Positions 24,224-37,444 of a stretch of DNA of 64,000 nt are shown here, in pieces; the first letter of the stretch is position 1; the number at the start of each line of letters is the position of its first letter. The position numbers were made by a program, and so were the translations under genes. The notes beneath the pieces were generated by a model, which made no database searches, was not told the DNA's origin, and was given only the letters and a program-made list of their open reading frames with translations. This DNA comes from Geosiphon pyriformis uo1 (lineage: Eukaryota > Fungi > Glomeromycota), in NCBI GenBank assembly GCA_016748015.1, contig JAAOMT010000076.1, positions 1 through 64,000 of the forward strand, in the 5' to 3' direction.

Positions 24224-27200
24224 ATAGAAATAATACAGCAATAACAACTTCAAAGTGGCAACCACACCAGACACAACAACTCTAGAGTATTATCAGTCAA
24301 TTTACACTTACTGCAAACAAAGATTTAACATCCAAGACGGAATTAAAATTTTCAAGAAATCATTATACCAATATATCAAAAACTGCATCAACAATTATTT
24401 TTTGAAAACTACAACATTTCAGAAGTTAGAAACTCTGCAATAATTTATTGCACTATTAACAATTGGAAACTAAAAATTTTCACAGTGAAACACTTGCCAC
24501 TTACTTCCAAGAACTTAATTTTAACATTATTCAGTATTGTGAAGAAAAATATTTAGTACAATCTAAATACTCTGTTGACTTTAAATTAGAACCAGAAACA
24601 AGCAACAAAAACAAACAAAAATTGGAACAACACTCAAAAACCACTCCAAACATTCTAAGAACACCAAAAATAACTGCCAAATACTTGCAAACTCCAGAAC
24701 AAAGAACCAGCATTAAACTTCCACTCTTAGTTACACCATTTCCAATTTCACTTGCTCAACTACAAACACCAAATTCATCACTTATCCATTTCTCAAGATT
24801 AAAAGATTTTTAGTCACTTAAAAGTTTTACTTAATAACAAAAATTCATATCAATCAGCACCAATATTATTAATTACTTACAGGAAAATAAAAATAATTAT
24901 TCAGAGAACTTGGAAAGTGAAAAAACTGAATCAGAACAAAAAAAAACCACAGAAAATGAAAAAGAAATAACAACTGCTTACATTACAAAAATTTCTGAAT
25001 TTACTAGTGAAAATAATAATACTAGTTCACAAGAATAGCTTAACAAAGTCCAGAAAGCAGAAAATGCAAATAGATGAACTGCAGCCAAGATATTAAAAGC
25101 AATCTCATATTTTCTTCAAAAGACAGCAAAAAAATAGTTTAAAAACTTAACTGAACTTTTTGAAAACTGACAAGTATTCAAAAATGCTTTTTTACAACAA
25201 TTTACTGACAACAATACATCTATTACTCTTCAAAATCAGTTCTGAAATATCAAACAAGAACCAAGTAAATCAGTCATAACTTACTTAGGAAAGTTCAACA
25301 AACTTTTCAGAAGAATTTGCCAGTTAAAAACCAATGAATACTATTCTGATGTCCAAATCTTGGATTAATTCATTGCTAAATTAAAAGATAAACTCATAAA
25401 AAAAGTGCATCCACATTCACCTGAAGATTTGGCCACTGCTATTCAACATGCAAAGAATTATAAAATGGCTATAGAAGAAACCAATCACACAAAACTTGTA
25501 AATCTTGTTATTGGAGAAACCAGCTTAGTAGCTAAAAAAAAAATTGGCCAACTCACAAAAAAAATTGAAAACTATTTCATCAACTAACAACAGCAACAAA
25601 CACAAAGATACCAGCTACTACAATGATAAAACTAAAACCACTACCCATCATTACCAAACAGTCAATTACAAAGCTGTTACTATTGTAAAATTTTAGGACA
25701 TTAGAAACAAGACTGCAAAAAACTACAAAGAGATCAACAAAATAGAAGTAATCAATATTACTCTTCATTACAACAATCTTATTACCAACCTCCACCATCA
25801 ACTTATTACTAACCAAGACCACAAAATTAAAACAATTACTATCAATCTGCTCCATAATCAATACAGCAACAATATTAGCAACCTTTACCAATTTAGCAAT
25901 ACCAAGCACTATTCACTCAATAATATCTAATACTTGCTTAAAGATTGGTTTACCAAAACTGATTCACACCTCAAAATCAATTTTAGAATAACAACAACAA
26001 AATTAACCCAAACAACCAGTTAGTTTTCTAAAATTCTGGTCAACAAAAACCCAATTACTATTACACTCAATTCAGTTATTTTATAATACCAGAAGAATCG
26101 GATTTTCAACAAACTGTACTTTCTAAAGGTAAAGTTACAGCACCAAAATCAAACTCTTCAAACAATACTATCCCACCAGTTCAAATTGCTTAAAACACCA
26201 ACCTCTCAGATATATTTCCATTTAAATTTGAAGCAAATGAATCACCATTCTTGTTTAACAATGCAACAATCAATAAACAAAAAGCAATTACAGTAATATA
26301 TACAGAAGCTAAAATTGAAGGCAAACTTATTTGGTTAATTCTAGACAATGAATCAGCTGGAAGTATTATTACCTACTAATTAATGCAACAACTTCAACAA
26401 ACTGTTGACAAACCTGCTCAGACAGTCATTGTTACAGCAGATAGTATAAAAAAGATACCAGTAAGAGAAATTAACAATTTTCCATTTACTATTAATGAAA
26501 TCATTATTTCAGTCAAAGTTTTAGTAATAGATATACTTCAATATTAAACTTTAATTGAAAATGATTGGCTTTTCAAGACCAATGCAAATTTAGATTAGAA
26601 AACTCAGGAATTGAAGATTTTATATTAAGAACAATACATTAGAGTATTTACTATTTGTGGTACTTTTAATAAAAAATCTGAGAAAGTCCTAGTATTTGAA
26701 TTTGAAGAAAAAAAAGAACTATCAGTTACTGAAATCTTTATGGCTCTTGAATTACTATCCAATTGGGCTGAAAAAACAAAACAAGAAATCTTTGAAAAAA
26801 CCAGAGAATAGAATGTAGTTCAATACTTTACATCAGAACCACAGAAACAACCACCTTATATTCCACTTAAATGCAAAAACTGCAACCAAAAACTTTTATT
26901 AATGAGAGCATGTATTTCCCCAGAAAAAAAATATGAAACTCACACCTGCTACTTTTGTAAAACATGCCATAGAGAATGATTTAGATACCCCAAATAAAGT
27001 GGAAAATAGAACAACACCTCTTGTTTTACATATGGAAACATACTACCAAAAGAATGCAACTGGATTAATGTTGCAATAAGAGGAGGAATATGTGATCAAA
27101 CCTGCCAATATGTCCTATCAATCTCGAAAAAAGTCAGAAAAAGAACACACTTTGATGCAGTCTACAATAGTGCTTTTAACAAACTCTACCACTATTCTTA

Positions 27201-29855
27201 TGATGCTAAAATAATCTTTGATTTAGCTATAATTTTAATCAATAGAGCCACACAAAAATATGTCCACCAAATAAAAGAAGCTAAATATATTGAATATACA
27301 ATAGAATTAGCTGGATTTAACTATGAAGATGAAGTAAAAACATACTACCAAATTGCAAGCCACTTATCTAATCTAAGAAGCTCAAATTTAACAATTAGAG
27401 CAAATAAACATTCAATTGTGTGAAGAATACATCATGTCTTGTAATAATAAATAGTATTCAGAATGCTATGCTCTTAGCATCCCCTTACTTAACAAAGATA
27501 ACCAGAAGGAAATTGAGTTTGAAGAATTTGAGCCAGAAAAAGAAATTGCAATAACTCTAATCTATTTTATTAAGAATTAACCAGCTTTACAACTCAAATA
27601 CTTTAACAACAATGGTCAAAGAATCAAGCCAGAAAAAGCCCATAATATAAATGCTGGATATAATCTACAATACCCAGGAAAAGATATTTTGGTCCTTCAA
27701 CCAAAATCTTTAACAAAAATCAACCTTAAAATTGCTCTCAAAATTCCACTAGAAGCAATAGTTCAAATTGGTTTTTAATCATTTCTAGCCAGCAAAAAAA
27801 TCAATGTTAAAAAAAAAATTATAGATGCAAGGTACATTGAAAATATCATTATCATGTTACAAAATAAAACAAACAAACTATTCAAGATTAAACATGCTGA
27901 AAAAATTGTTCAAGCAATTTACTTATCTTTAATCAACATTTCAGAGTTGCAATCAGTTAGTAACAAAGAACAATTAGACAAAAGTAAAAAAGGAATACAA
28001 AGTTTTGGTTCAATTGGACGATTTACAGTTCCAGTAAACATAGCTCTCAATACATAAAGTGAATCTTACCAGATTCTATAATATCCTCAACCAATTACCA
28101 TTTTATTTTTTGAAGAATATTACAAAATTTACACTTGCTCAAAACCCACCACTACCCAACAAATCTTTGAATCCAATAAACAAATCTGTTTAAAGCATGA
28201 AATTTTAATTCCAAATATCTATATACCAAAAGAAATGAAAAAATTTCAAGTTATATTTTACAACTTTGACAACTACTCTATTGTTCTATTAAATAAATTA
28301 GAAATTAGAATTATACATGACAACATCTTTTAAGATAAAAACCCTCAAATTGTCTCTAATTTCATCGAAATTATAAGGCATACTCTACTTCCAAATTCAA
28401 ACATCACTTTTACTACTAAAAACTACCACTTTTTGAAAGAAAAACTCTCTTGAATTAACATGAATCCCTTAGAACCCTAACAACAAAGACAATTGAAACA
28501 GCTAATAGCTGAATTTGCAAATATATTTGCAAAAGACAACAATAATCTTGGAAAAACTAATATTGTCCAACATCAGATTCACACAAAAGATGCTCTACCA
28601 AAATGACAACAAGCCTATCAAGTTCTACCTGCTAGCCACCAATTTATCAGAGAAGAAGTTCAAAGAATGCTTAATAACGGATTGATTCAATTATCAAGCA
28701 GTCCATGGGTCTCACCAGTAGTTTTGGTTAAAAAGAAAAATAGAAAAATCAAATTTTACATTGATTATTGCCAATTAAACAGTATAATAATTGAAAATGC
28801 CTACCCCCTTTCCAGAATCAATGACATGTTAAATGCTTTAGGAAAAGCCAAGTTTTTCTCAACTTTAGACTTGGAAAATAGATATTAACAAGTCGAAATG
28901 GATTCAAAAGATCGACCTAAAACAGCATTTACCACTTAAGGAGGAAATTATAAGTTCAATATTGTGCCTTTTGGACTCTGCAATGCACCAGTAACATTCC
29001 AGCAACTTATGAATATTATATATAAAAAACTTTTATGGCAATTAGTAGTTGTTTATCTTAATAATACTGATGTGTACTCACCAAGTGTTGAAGCTCATCT
29101 TATCCACCTGTGAGAAGTTTTTCAATGATTATGAAAAGCAGGATTGAACATTAAAAAATGTTACTTTGGAAAAACAAGTTTAATCTTTCTTGAACATATT
29201 GTTAACAAAGATAAAGTCAAACCAAATCTTAGAACAATCAGTACTGTCAAAAACTTTCAAACTTCCAAAAATACCACAGAGCTATAAGGATTTATAAGCT
29301 TAGCCTTTTATTATTGAAAATTCATGAAAAAATTCTCAGAAATTGCCAAACCACTTAATTATCTTACCAACAAAAACATGTCATATCAATAGACTAAAGA
29401 ATAGCAGAAAGTCTTTGAAACTCTTAAAACAAAATTGACAACAGTCTCAGTTTTTACTTACTCAGATTTCAACAAACAGTTTTAACTAGTCACTAATGTT
29501 TTACACATAGCATTTGGTGCTATCCTATCACAATTAAAATGGCCAGAAGCAAGTCATTGTTTATGCTAGTAGAATACTTAAACCAACAGAACTTAAATAT
29601 GGCTCAACTGAATTAAAAGCTGCCACAGTCATTTGGGCTCTTAAATACTTTCAACAATACTTGAAAAATAAAAAAAAATTTGATATTATAATGGACAATA
29701 TTGGTTTTAAATAGCTCAACAAAAAGAAAACTGAACAAAGTACTAAACAGTTTCGATGAAATAACTTCCTAGCAGACTATAAATATATTGTACACCACAA
29801 ACCTAGAAAACTACACACTAATGTTAATAGCCTCTCAAGAATGAGACAAAATTAA
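24224..29855 (+). pseudogene. Element A gag-pol: capsid, CCHC knuckle, protease, Cys-rich domain, dUTPase, RT, RNase H (many premature stops)
   Basis: Start ATG mutated to ATA. Protease LD(N)(E)SAG at ~26341; dUTPase ~27590-28020 (NAGYNL, IIDARY, AEKIVQ, GIQSFGSIG); RT SSPWVSPVVLVKKK and YL(N)(N) at 29053-29064; ends ..SLSRMRQN* (TAA 29853-29855). Confidence 0.9.
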
Positions 29856-29912
29856 TACCAACAACAATTCTACTACAACTTACCAACTTATTAACAAAAT
29901 AACCAAACAACA

Positions 29913-31298
29913 ATAGATCTCAGGAATTACAACAATATTAAAAACTATTTGAAAACTCTTACTATGCCAGAAAATTGGTCTCCAAGTGAAAAACATTGAT
30001 TACAATACCAATCAAAACAATATTTCATACATTATAACAGAATCTATTATAAAAATTGCAAAAATTCTAACCAATCACTCAGATTGGTACAAAAGAATGA
30101 AAAAAAAACAATTCTATACAACATGCATACAGATTCTTTTTCAGCACACTTGAGAAGAGATAAAACAATTTAAAAAACCCTTGAACATTATTTTTGGCCT
30201 TACATGCAAAAAAACATTCAACAATATATAAAATCTTGTAATAGTTGTTAAAAAAAAGAAGGAACTTGCTTCACAGAACTTTTAAATCCAATCAAAGTTG
30301 GACAACTTTTTGATAAAGTTGGAATTAATTTAGTTAGACCATTACCTATTACAACCCAAGAAAATTGTTATATTGTGGTTGCAATAGATTATCTTATTAA
30401 ATGGCCTAAAGCTAGAACTATTCAAAGAACAGATGCAAAATCAATAACAAATTTTATCTATGAAGACATTATTTGTAAACATGGATGTCCAATTGAACTT
30501 TTATCTGATCAAAGAACACATTTTGTGAACAACTTAATACAAAAAATTTGTGAATGATTTAAGGTCAAAAGACTTCTATTATTACCTTATTACTTTCAAA
30601 CAAATAGACTTATAGAACATTTCAACAGAACATTGTGTAAATCCTTAGCCAAAGTCTCAACTGATTTTGAGCAAAAATGGGATATATTTATTTCATTAGT
30701 GTTATTAGTCTACAGAACACTAAAACAAAATATTATGAAACATATACTATTTGATCTTATTTATAAAAAAACAGCAACATTACCAATCAATTTCACAATG
30801 AAAACATATCTAGTACAACCAATTAATAAAAAAAACTTTTAAGAAACACTTCAAAGAAGAGCTTATACTCTTCTTAGTACATTGGAAGGAAAAAGACACA
30901 TAGCAGTCACTTATATTAAACACTTCCAAGCTTAACAAAAAGTAAGACATGACAACAAACTGCCACCAGTTATCAATAAATTTAAAGTTGAAAATAAAGT
31001 TTTATTACACAGAACTAAGACTGAAAAACAATAGAGTGGGAAATTTGAACATAAATAAGATAAACTATTTTATATTCTTGAAATTCTAGACAATAGATTA
31101 TATAAATTAAAACTTAATAACAAAGTACTAGCAAAAGTTGCACATAAAGATCAATTGAAACACTATCATTCCAGAAACAATCCTGAATCATTAATTTCAC
31201 AAATTGGTATACATTCTTCTTTAATTAATCCTGAAAATATTCCTCGAAATTTAGAATCAATAGTTGTAATAAAACAACAACCAAACTTGAACACTTAA
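29913..31298 (+). pseudogene. Element A integrase (HHCC, DDE core, GPY/F-type tail, no chromodomain)
   Basis: 1386 nt, in frame from ATA (=ATG) DLRNYNN to ..NLNT*; VAIDYLIKWPKA, LLSDQRTHF, QTN-LIEHFNRTL. Confidence 0.9.
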
Positions 31299-31462
31299 TT
31301 TAGCATTTTTACAATAATCTCTTTTAAATACACAAAACATAAAATAAAAATAGTAAATAATTACAAAAAACATTCAAACCCAAAAAAAAATAAAACTCTA
31401 TATCCAAAAATAATTTTCTTTATTCTTTTTCAAAATTTTGTTTATTAGTAGTCATATTTATC

Positions 31463-32176
31463 ATGATTATTTCTCGAAATATTCAACAAATATTCCAAAA
31501 ACTAATGTTAGTCTTGAAAACATTTCTTGACTTATCCATAACAATTAATGGAAGTCAAATTAATTACACTCAAAAAAAAACCACAACACCAGTAGTAAAT
31601 AATTTTCAGAATTATCACTTTTATAGAAAAAAAACAAGAAGTTACTTTAAAAATCAATTATCAGAACTTTTGAAACAAATACTGAAAGAAAATTTTTTAA
31701 TTACTTCTATGAACATTCCACCAAATGCCACAATCTAACAAAAACTTCTACTATTTTTTAATGAACAAAACAATGAACATATCTTTATACATAGATATTT
31801 TTATATTGAAAAAACACTTTATAAACAAAAACTGGAACTTAAAGCAATCAATATCACTTCTAAAGCTATACAAAAACAAATTCACAATAAATTCAAAACA
31901 GCAGCTGAACTAACAAACACTTGCTACAAACTTAGAGCAGTATTTAGACTCTATGATTTATTTAACACTTGTAGAAATGTTCTACAAAATCCAATACTTT
32001 ATTCAATAAAGATTTAATATATTGAAAAGCTCACAAAATTGAAATTTCAACAATTTTCAGACCAAATTACTTCAATTATTTTGGACCACTATCTTGACAT
32101 TACAAATAGTGCTTGGACTTTGATGGAGCTCAGTCTTGAGAAAAAAATTATGTTATTAATAGAATTTAGCTATTAA
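31463..32176 (+). pseudogene. Element A ORF3 (unknown function, 237 codons, runs through the PPT into the 3' LTR)
   Basis: MIISRNIQQ...YFYIEKTL...LRAVFRLYDLF...WTLMELSLEKKIMLLIEFSY*. No frameshift; two CAA>TAA stops. Homologous to 35171-35890. Confidence 0.75.
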
Positions 32177-33408
32177 TTAGCATGAAATTATCCTTATAAT
32201 TCTTATTATTAATTAGCATATATTATTATCATTTCAATTATTACTTATTAATTAGCCAAATTATCAAATATTATAATTCAATTAATAATTCGATTTGTAC
32301 CATATAAATTAAGGTGATCAAATTACACAATATCCTGAACCATTTAAAATAGTCAAAATTCGCCAAAATTAATAAAAATTGGCCGAAATAATCAATAGTT
32401 TGTAGAAATAATTTGTAATTTGCCAAAATGTATCTTTAGTTTACTGAAATTAGAGCAAAGAAAAAAGTGCAAGTTTAAAGACTAGTATTATAATAAGTTG
32501 TATAAAAGAAGAGCTTCTCTCTTCAAAAAAATGTATCTTTTTATAGTATCTTATTATAGTATCTTACTTTAGATATCTTAATTAGAACAAATCACCTTTT
32601 ACACATCTCAAATAAAAATTAAATATTCAAAAACAAAATTTTTTGATTATTATACTTGAAATTCTCTCAACACAACTAACATTTTGAAATTAATTAGCTA
32701 CCAATTTCAGTAATCTGTTAGTAACTCCAGGCCTAAATAGAAAACGTTTCCCTTGTTAGAATTCTATTTCTTTTATTTTTCTTTTATTTTCTTATTATAA
32801 TTATTAAAGTAGTCTACAGATAAGATTCCTGTAGAAAAGTTGACTTTCACAGCAAAGTAACTACACATTTTTAGTGAGCTTTCAGATAAAAAATTCCTGA
32901 AAAAGANNNNNNNNNNNNNNNNNNNNAAAAACAAAATTTTTTGATTATTATACTTGAAATTCTCTCAACACAACTAACATTTTGAAATTAATTAGCTACC
33001 AATTTCAGTAATCTGTTAGTAACTCCAGGCCTAAATAGAAAACGTTTCCCTTGTTAGAATTCTATTTCTTTTATTTTTCTTTTATTTTCTTATTATAATT
33101 ATTAAAGTAGTCTACAGATAAGATTCCTGTAGAAAAGTTGACTTTCACAGCAAAGTAACTACACATTTTTAGTGAGCTTTCAGATAAAAAATTCCTGAAA
33201 AAGAGTTAATGTTTACTACAATGTAACTATACAAGTAACTGGCACAAAATTGGCTATTCTATTTATAAATTCAGCAGTTCAAATTATAGGAGATAATTTG
33301 AAGATAAATTCAGTTATTGAAGATTCAACTACTTTCAAAAAACATAAAATTAGCAACAAACAAACATTAACAACATTCAAGAAAAGAAACCAAAAACCTC
33401 CAGTAACA
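32151..33408 (+). repeat. 3' LTR of element A (contains the assembly gap and a duplicated overlap)
   Basis: TGTTATT...CCAGTAACA; preceded by the mutated PPT GAGAAAAAAA-TTA. Confidence 0.9.
32907..32926. other. Scaffold gap (20 N) flanked by an identical 278-bp overlap
   Basis: 32629-32906 is identical to 32927-33204. Confidence 0.95.
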
Positions 33409-34220
33409 CTATTACTTTTCTTATAGTAACTAATAAAATTTTAATACAAAAAAGTCTTTCTATTATTAAAGCAGTTAGACATAATATTTTGGCTACATTT
33501 TTCTTAATTATTAATAGTAATAGGCTGTTTTTAATAGTCACTAAAGCATTTTTCTCATTTTTGGCTGGTTTTTTGCCAGTTAAAGTTTTCTCAAAGAGAC
33601 ACACTTAGATTAGTTCTAGTGTTGCCTCTATTTCTTTCAAAAGCCCAAAGATTTTTAATAACAGACTAATTAACAAACTAGTTTTTTCTACTATAACTTC
33701 TATATCTGGTGCTGCTGACACTTTTTTTCAAACAAAATAGTCAAAAAGACCAAAGATTCAAAAAAATGAGAGCAGTTGCTTGTCTCTGCTATTGTTACAC
33801 CAAAATTTTGTGTGGTTCCAACTGAGATCTTAAATGAAATCTCTATTGTTTTATCCAACACATTATTCAAAATAAGCCAAAATTAATCATTGGCTGTATT
33901 GCCAAATATAGTGCTTTCTGATAGATTATTACCAATTCTAAAAGCTAAGCAATTATCTCTTATTAAGTCATCTGTTTTTGGAAATTGGGCTGATTAAATG
34001 GAAACTAAATTATCTCTTCTGATTTTTGGTGCTGTCTTTGATGATGTTTGGGAAATTATTACTAGTTATCAAAGATTTGCTGGATAAATAGTTTTTACTT
34101 TAGTATTTGGTAATACTTTTAAGATTAAATTGGCTCATGTTAGGACTGTTTTTCGATTTATACATGGTTTTTTGGGTGCAAAATCAGTGTTAAAAGACAA
34201 TGTGAAGCTTTTCTGTATGG

Positions 34221-35202
34221 TGTTACTGGAGATTTTTGGTCTTTTTTTTTGAATGTTGTAACTGTCTGTTGGTTGCAAATTCACGTTTTCTAGAAGTAGT
34301 TGAACCTCCAATAACTGAATTTATCTTCAAATTATCTCCTATAATTTGAATTGCTGGGCTTATAAGTGAAATGGCCAATTCTGTGCCAGTTGCTTTGTGT
34401 AATTACGTTGTAGTAAATGTCAACTCTTTCTCAGGAATTGCTTGTCTGAAAGCTCACTAAAAATGTGTAGTTACTTTGCTGTGAAAGTCAACTCTTCTAC
34501 AGGAATCTTGTCTGTAGACTACCCTAATGATTATAATAAGAAAATAAAAGAAAGAAAATAAAAAAAATGTAAAAGAAATAGAATTTTGTCAAGAGAAACG
34601 TTTTCTATTCAGGCCTGGAGTTACTAACAGTTTACTGAAATTGGTAGCTAATCAATTTCAAAATGTTAGTTGGGTTTTGGGGATTTTTTAAGTACAATAA
34701 TTAAAGAATTTGGTTTTTCAATTTATTTGATATTTATTTCTTTTTGTGTGTGTAGAAATGGTTTTAAGTGATAAATCTAAAGTAAAATACATTTTCTCGA
34801 AGAGAGAAGCTCTTCTTTTATACAACTTGTCGTAATACTATTCTATGAACTTGAACTTTGCTCTTTTCTATAATTTCGCTAAACTAAAGATACATTTCGG
34901 CAAATTACAAGTTATTTCTGCAAACTATTAGATATTTTGGTGAACTGTCAATTATTTCGGCAAATTTCTACAAATTTTGACAAACTTTTGAATATTACAT
35001 ATTTCAGGGTATTGCATGATTGATCATCGCACTTAGGTTACATTTGTGTTATGTACAAATTGAGTTATTAATTAAATGATAATTTCAGATATTTTGCTAA
35101 TGTAATAAGTAATAATTTGAAATGATAATATATGCTAATTAATGATAAGATTAATAAGAGTAATTTCATGCTAAACAATATCTCTAATTTTGTCTGGTAA
35201 CA
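34221..35202 (-). repeat. 3' LTR of element B (982 bp)
   Basis: Direct repeat of 43091-44059; adjacent PPT. Confidence 0.94.
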
Positions 35203-35890
35203 TAACCTCCTCCTCAAGACTGAGCTTCATCAAAGTTCAAGTACTGTCTGTAATTTCCAGATAATAATCCAAAATTATTGAAGAAATTTGGTCTGAAAAT
35301 TGTTGAAATTTCAGTTCTGTGAGCTTTCCAATGTATTGAATCTTCAAAGGCTGTAAAATTGGGTTTTGTAGGACGTTTTCACAAGTGTGGAATAGGTCAT
35401 AAAGTTTAAGAACAGCTCTTAGTTTATAATGACTGTTTGTAGGTCTAGCTGTTGTTTTGAATTTGTTGTGGAGTTGTTTCCGAATAGCTTTTTTTATGAG
35501 GTTTGCTGCTGTAAGCTTTTGTTTTTGTTAGTGAAGTGTTTTTTCAATGTAAAAATATCTATATATTGGAGTATAGTTGTAGTTTTCTTCATTAAGACAC
35601 AGTTGAAGTTTTTGTTGAATAGTAGTATTTGGTGGAATACTAATAGGAGTAAGCATTAAGTTTTCTCTTAAAACAAGCTTTAAAAGTTCTGGCAGGTGAA
35701 TTTCAGAATAACTTCTTGTGTTCTTCTTATATGGGTGATATTTTTATGAATTTGGGGCTAAATTTGTAACTACTTCTGTTTGGATATAATTAATGTGGTT
35801 TTCAGTAACAGTAATAGATAATTTGGGTATTGTTTTTAAAGTTAACATTAGTTTTTGGGATAATTGTTAAATGTTTTGAGGAATAGTCAT
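35171..35890 (-). pseudogene. Element B ORF3 (239 codons, unknown function)
   Basis: MTIPQNI*QLSQKLML...YRYFYIEKTLH...LRAVLKLYDLFHTC...IGKLTELKFQQFSDQI...LSLEEEVMLPDKIRDIV*. 720 nt with no frameshift; only CAA>TAA (x3) and TGG>TGA (x1) stops. Confidence 0.78.
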
Positions 35891-36012
35891 TATAAGAGAT
35901 TTGAAAATAAAAGAAAATTATTTTTGGTGTATGGGTTTTTATGTTATTTTTGCTTTGTTTTTGTGAAATTGTTTCTAAATTATAAGGAGATAACTATAAT
36001 AATAAATTTAAG

Positions 36013-37398
36013 TTAAGTGTTCAAGTTAGGAGATTGTTCAATGACAACTATTGGTTTTAAATTTCGGGGAATATCTTTGGGATTGATTAAAGGGAAATGT
36101 GTACCAATTTGTGGAATTAATGGTTCAAGATTGTTTCTGGAATTATAGTGTTTCAAATAATCTCCATGTGTAACTTTTGCTAGAATTTTGTCATCAAGTC
36201 TTAGCTTGTATGATCCATTGCCTAGAATTTCATGAATAAAGAATGGTCTATTCCATTTATTTTCAAATTTTCTATTCTATTGTTTTTCAGCTTTAGTTCT
36301 GTGTAAAAGAACTTTGTTTCTGATTTTAAATCTATTGGTAACTGGAGGCAATTTGTCATCATGCCATTTTTTTTGTTGAGCTTGGGAGTGTTTAATATGG
36401 GTGGCTGTTATTCATCATTTTTCTTCCAACGTATTAAATAGAGTGTAGGCTCTTCGTTGTAGTGTTTCCTGAAAGTTGTCTTTATTAATTGGTTGTACTG
36501 GATATGTTTCCATTGTGAAACTAATTGGTAACATTGCTGTCTTTCTGTAGGTTAAATCAAATGATGTGTGTTTTGTGGTATCTTGTATTAGTGTTCTATA
36601 TGCTAGTAACACTGATGGAATAAAGAGATCCCATTCTTGCTCAAAATTGGTTGAGACTTTGGCTAATGATTCACACAATGTTCTGTTGAAATGTTCTACA
36701 AGTCCATTTGTTTGTGGATGGTAGGGCAAAGATAATGGTCTTTTGACATTAAATTGTCCACAAATTTTCTGGATTAAATTGTTCATGAAATGTGTTTCTT
36801 GATCAGATAAAAGTTTTATTGGGCATCTATGTCTACAAATAATGTCTTTATAGATGAAGTTTGCTATTAATTTCACATCTGTTTGTTGAATGGCTCTGGC
36901 TTCAGACCATTTGGTGAAATAGTCTACAGCTACTGCAATATAACGGTTTCCTTGATTTGTGATAAGGAGTGATCCAACTAAATTGATACTAATTCAATCA
37001 AAAGACTGTCCAATTTTAATTGGGTTTAAAGGTTCTATAGGGCAAGTTTCTTCTCTTCTTTGACAATTATCACAAGACTTAATATATTCATAAATGTTTT
37101 TTCTCATTTAAGGCCAAAAATAATATTCTAGTGTTTTTTGGGTAGTGCTGTCTTTTCTTAGGTGTGCTAATGAAAAGTCTGAGTGCATGTTATATAAAAT
37201 GGTTTCTTTTTCATATTCTTGTATTAATCTAAGTGGATTGTCTGAGTTTCTGAAGTTTCAATAATAAATCATGTTGTTGTGTAAGAAGTATTGTTTGGCT
37301 TATTGTTGTAACCAATGTTTTTTATCTGAGGACCAATCTGTTGAGATTGTTAATTTCTCTAAATATTGTTTAAGATTGTTGTAGTTTTCAGGATTCAT
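36013..37398 (-). pseudogene. Element B integrase (own ATG, MNPENYNNLKQYL; 1386 nt)
   Basis: HHCC, DDE core (LLSDQETHF, PYHPQTNGLVEHFNRTL), ..PFFIHEILGNGSYKL.. tail; same length as the integrase of A. Confidence 0.9.
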
Positions 37399-37444
37399 TG
37401 TTTGTTGTTTTGTTGTTAATTCAAATAGGTATTGGTTTTATATT

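Larger units (their letters stand above)
23250..33408 (+). mobile_element. Ty3/Gypsy LTR retrotransposon A (full-length, inactivated)
   Basis: 5' LTR 23250-24209, PBS TGGTGCTCTC, gag-PR-dUTPase-RT-RH, IN, ORF3, mutated PPT, 3' LTR 32151-33408 (960 bp after removing the gap duplication). The RT-RH-IN order identifies Ty3/Gypsy. The flanks do not form a TSD. Confidence 0.95.

Noticed and set aside
24224-31298. Alternative genetic code (TAA/TAG=Gln, TGA=Trp), suggested by many in-frame stops
   Set aside because: Stop positions differ between copies and are all explained by C>T/G>A changes; the two host genes read normally in the standard code.
32629-33204. Perfect 278-bp direct repeat
   Set aside because: It flanks a 20-N gap and is 100% identical in a region where true repeats are heavily diverged. 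Removing it restores a 960-bp LTR, so it is an unmerged contig overlap.
35171-35890. ORF3 as an envelope gene
   Set aside because: No signal peptide, furin site or transmembrane anchor is visible, and it is too short.
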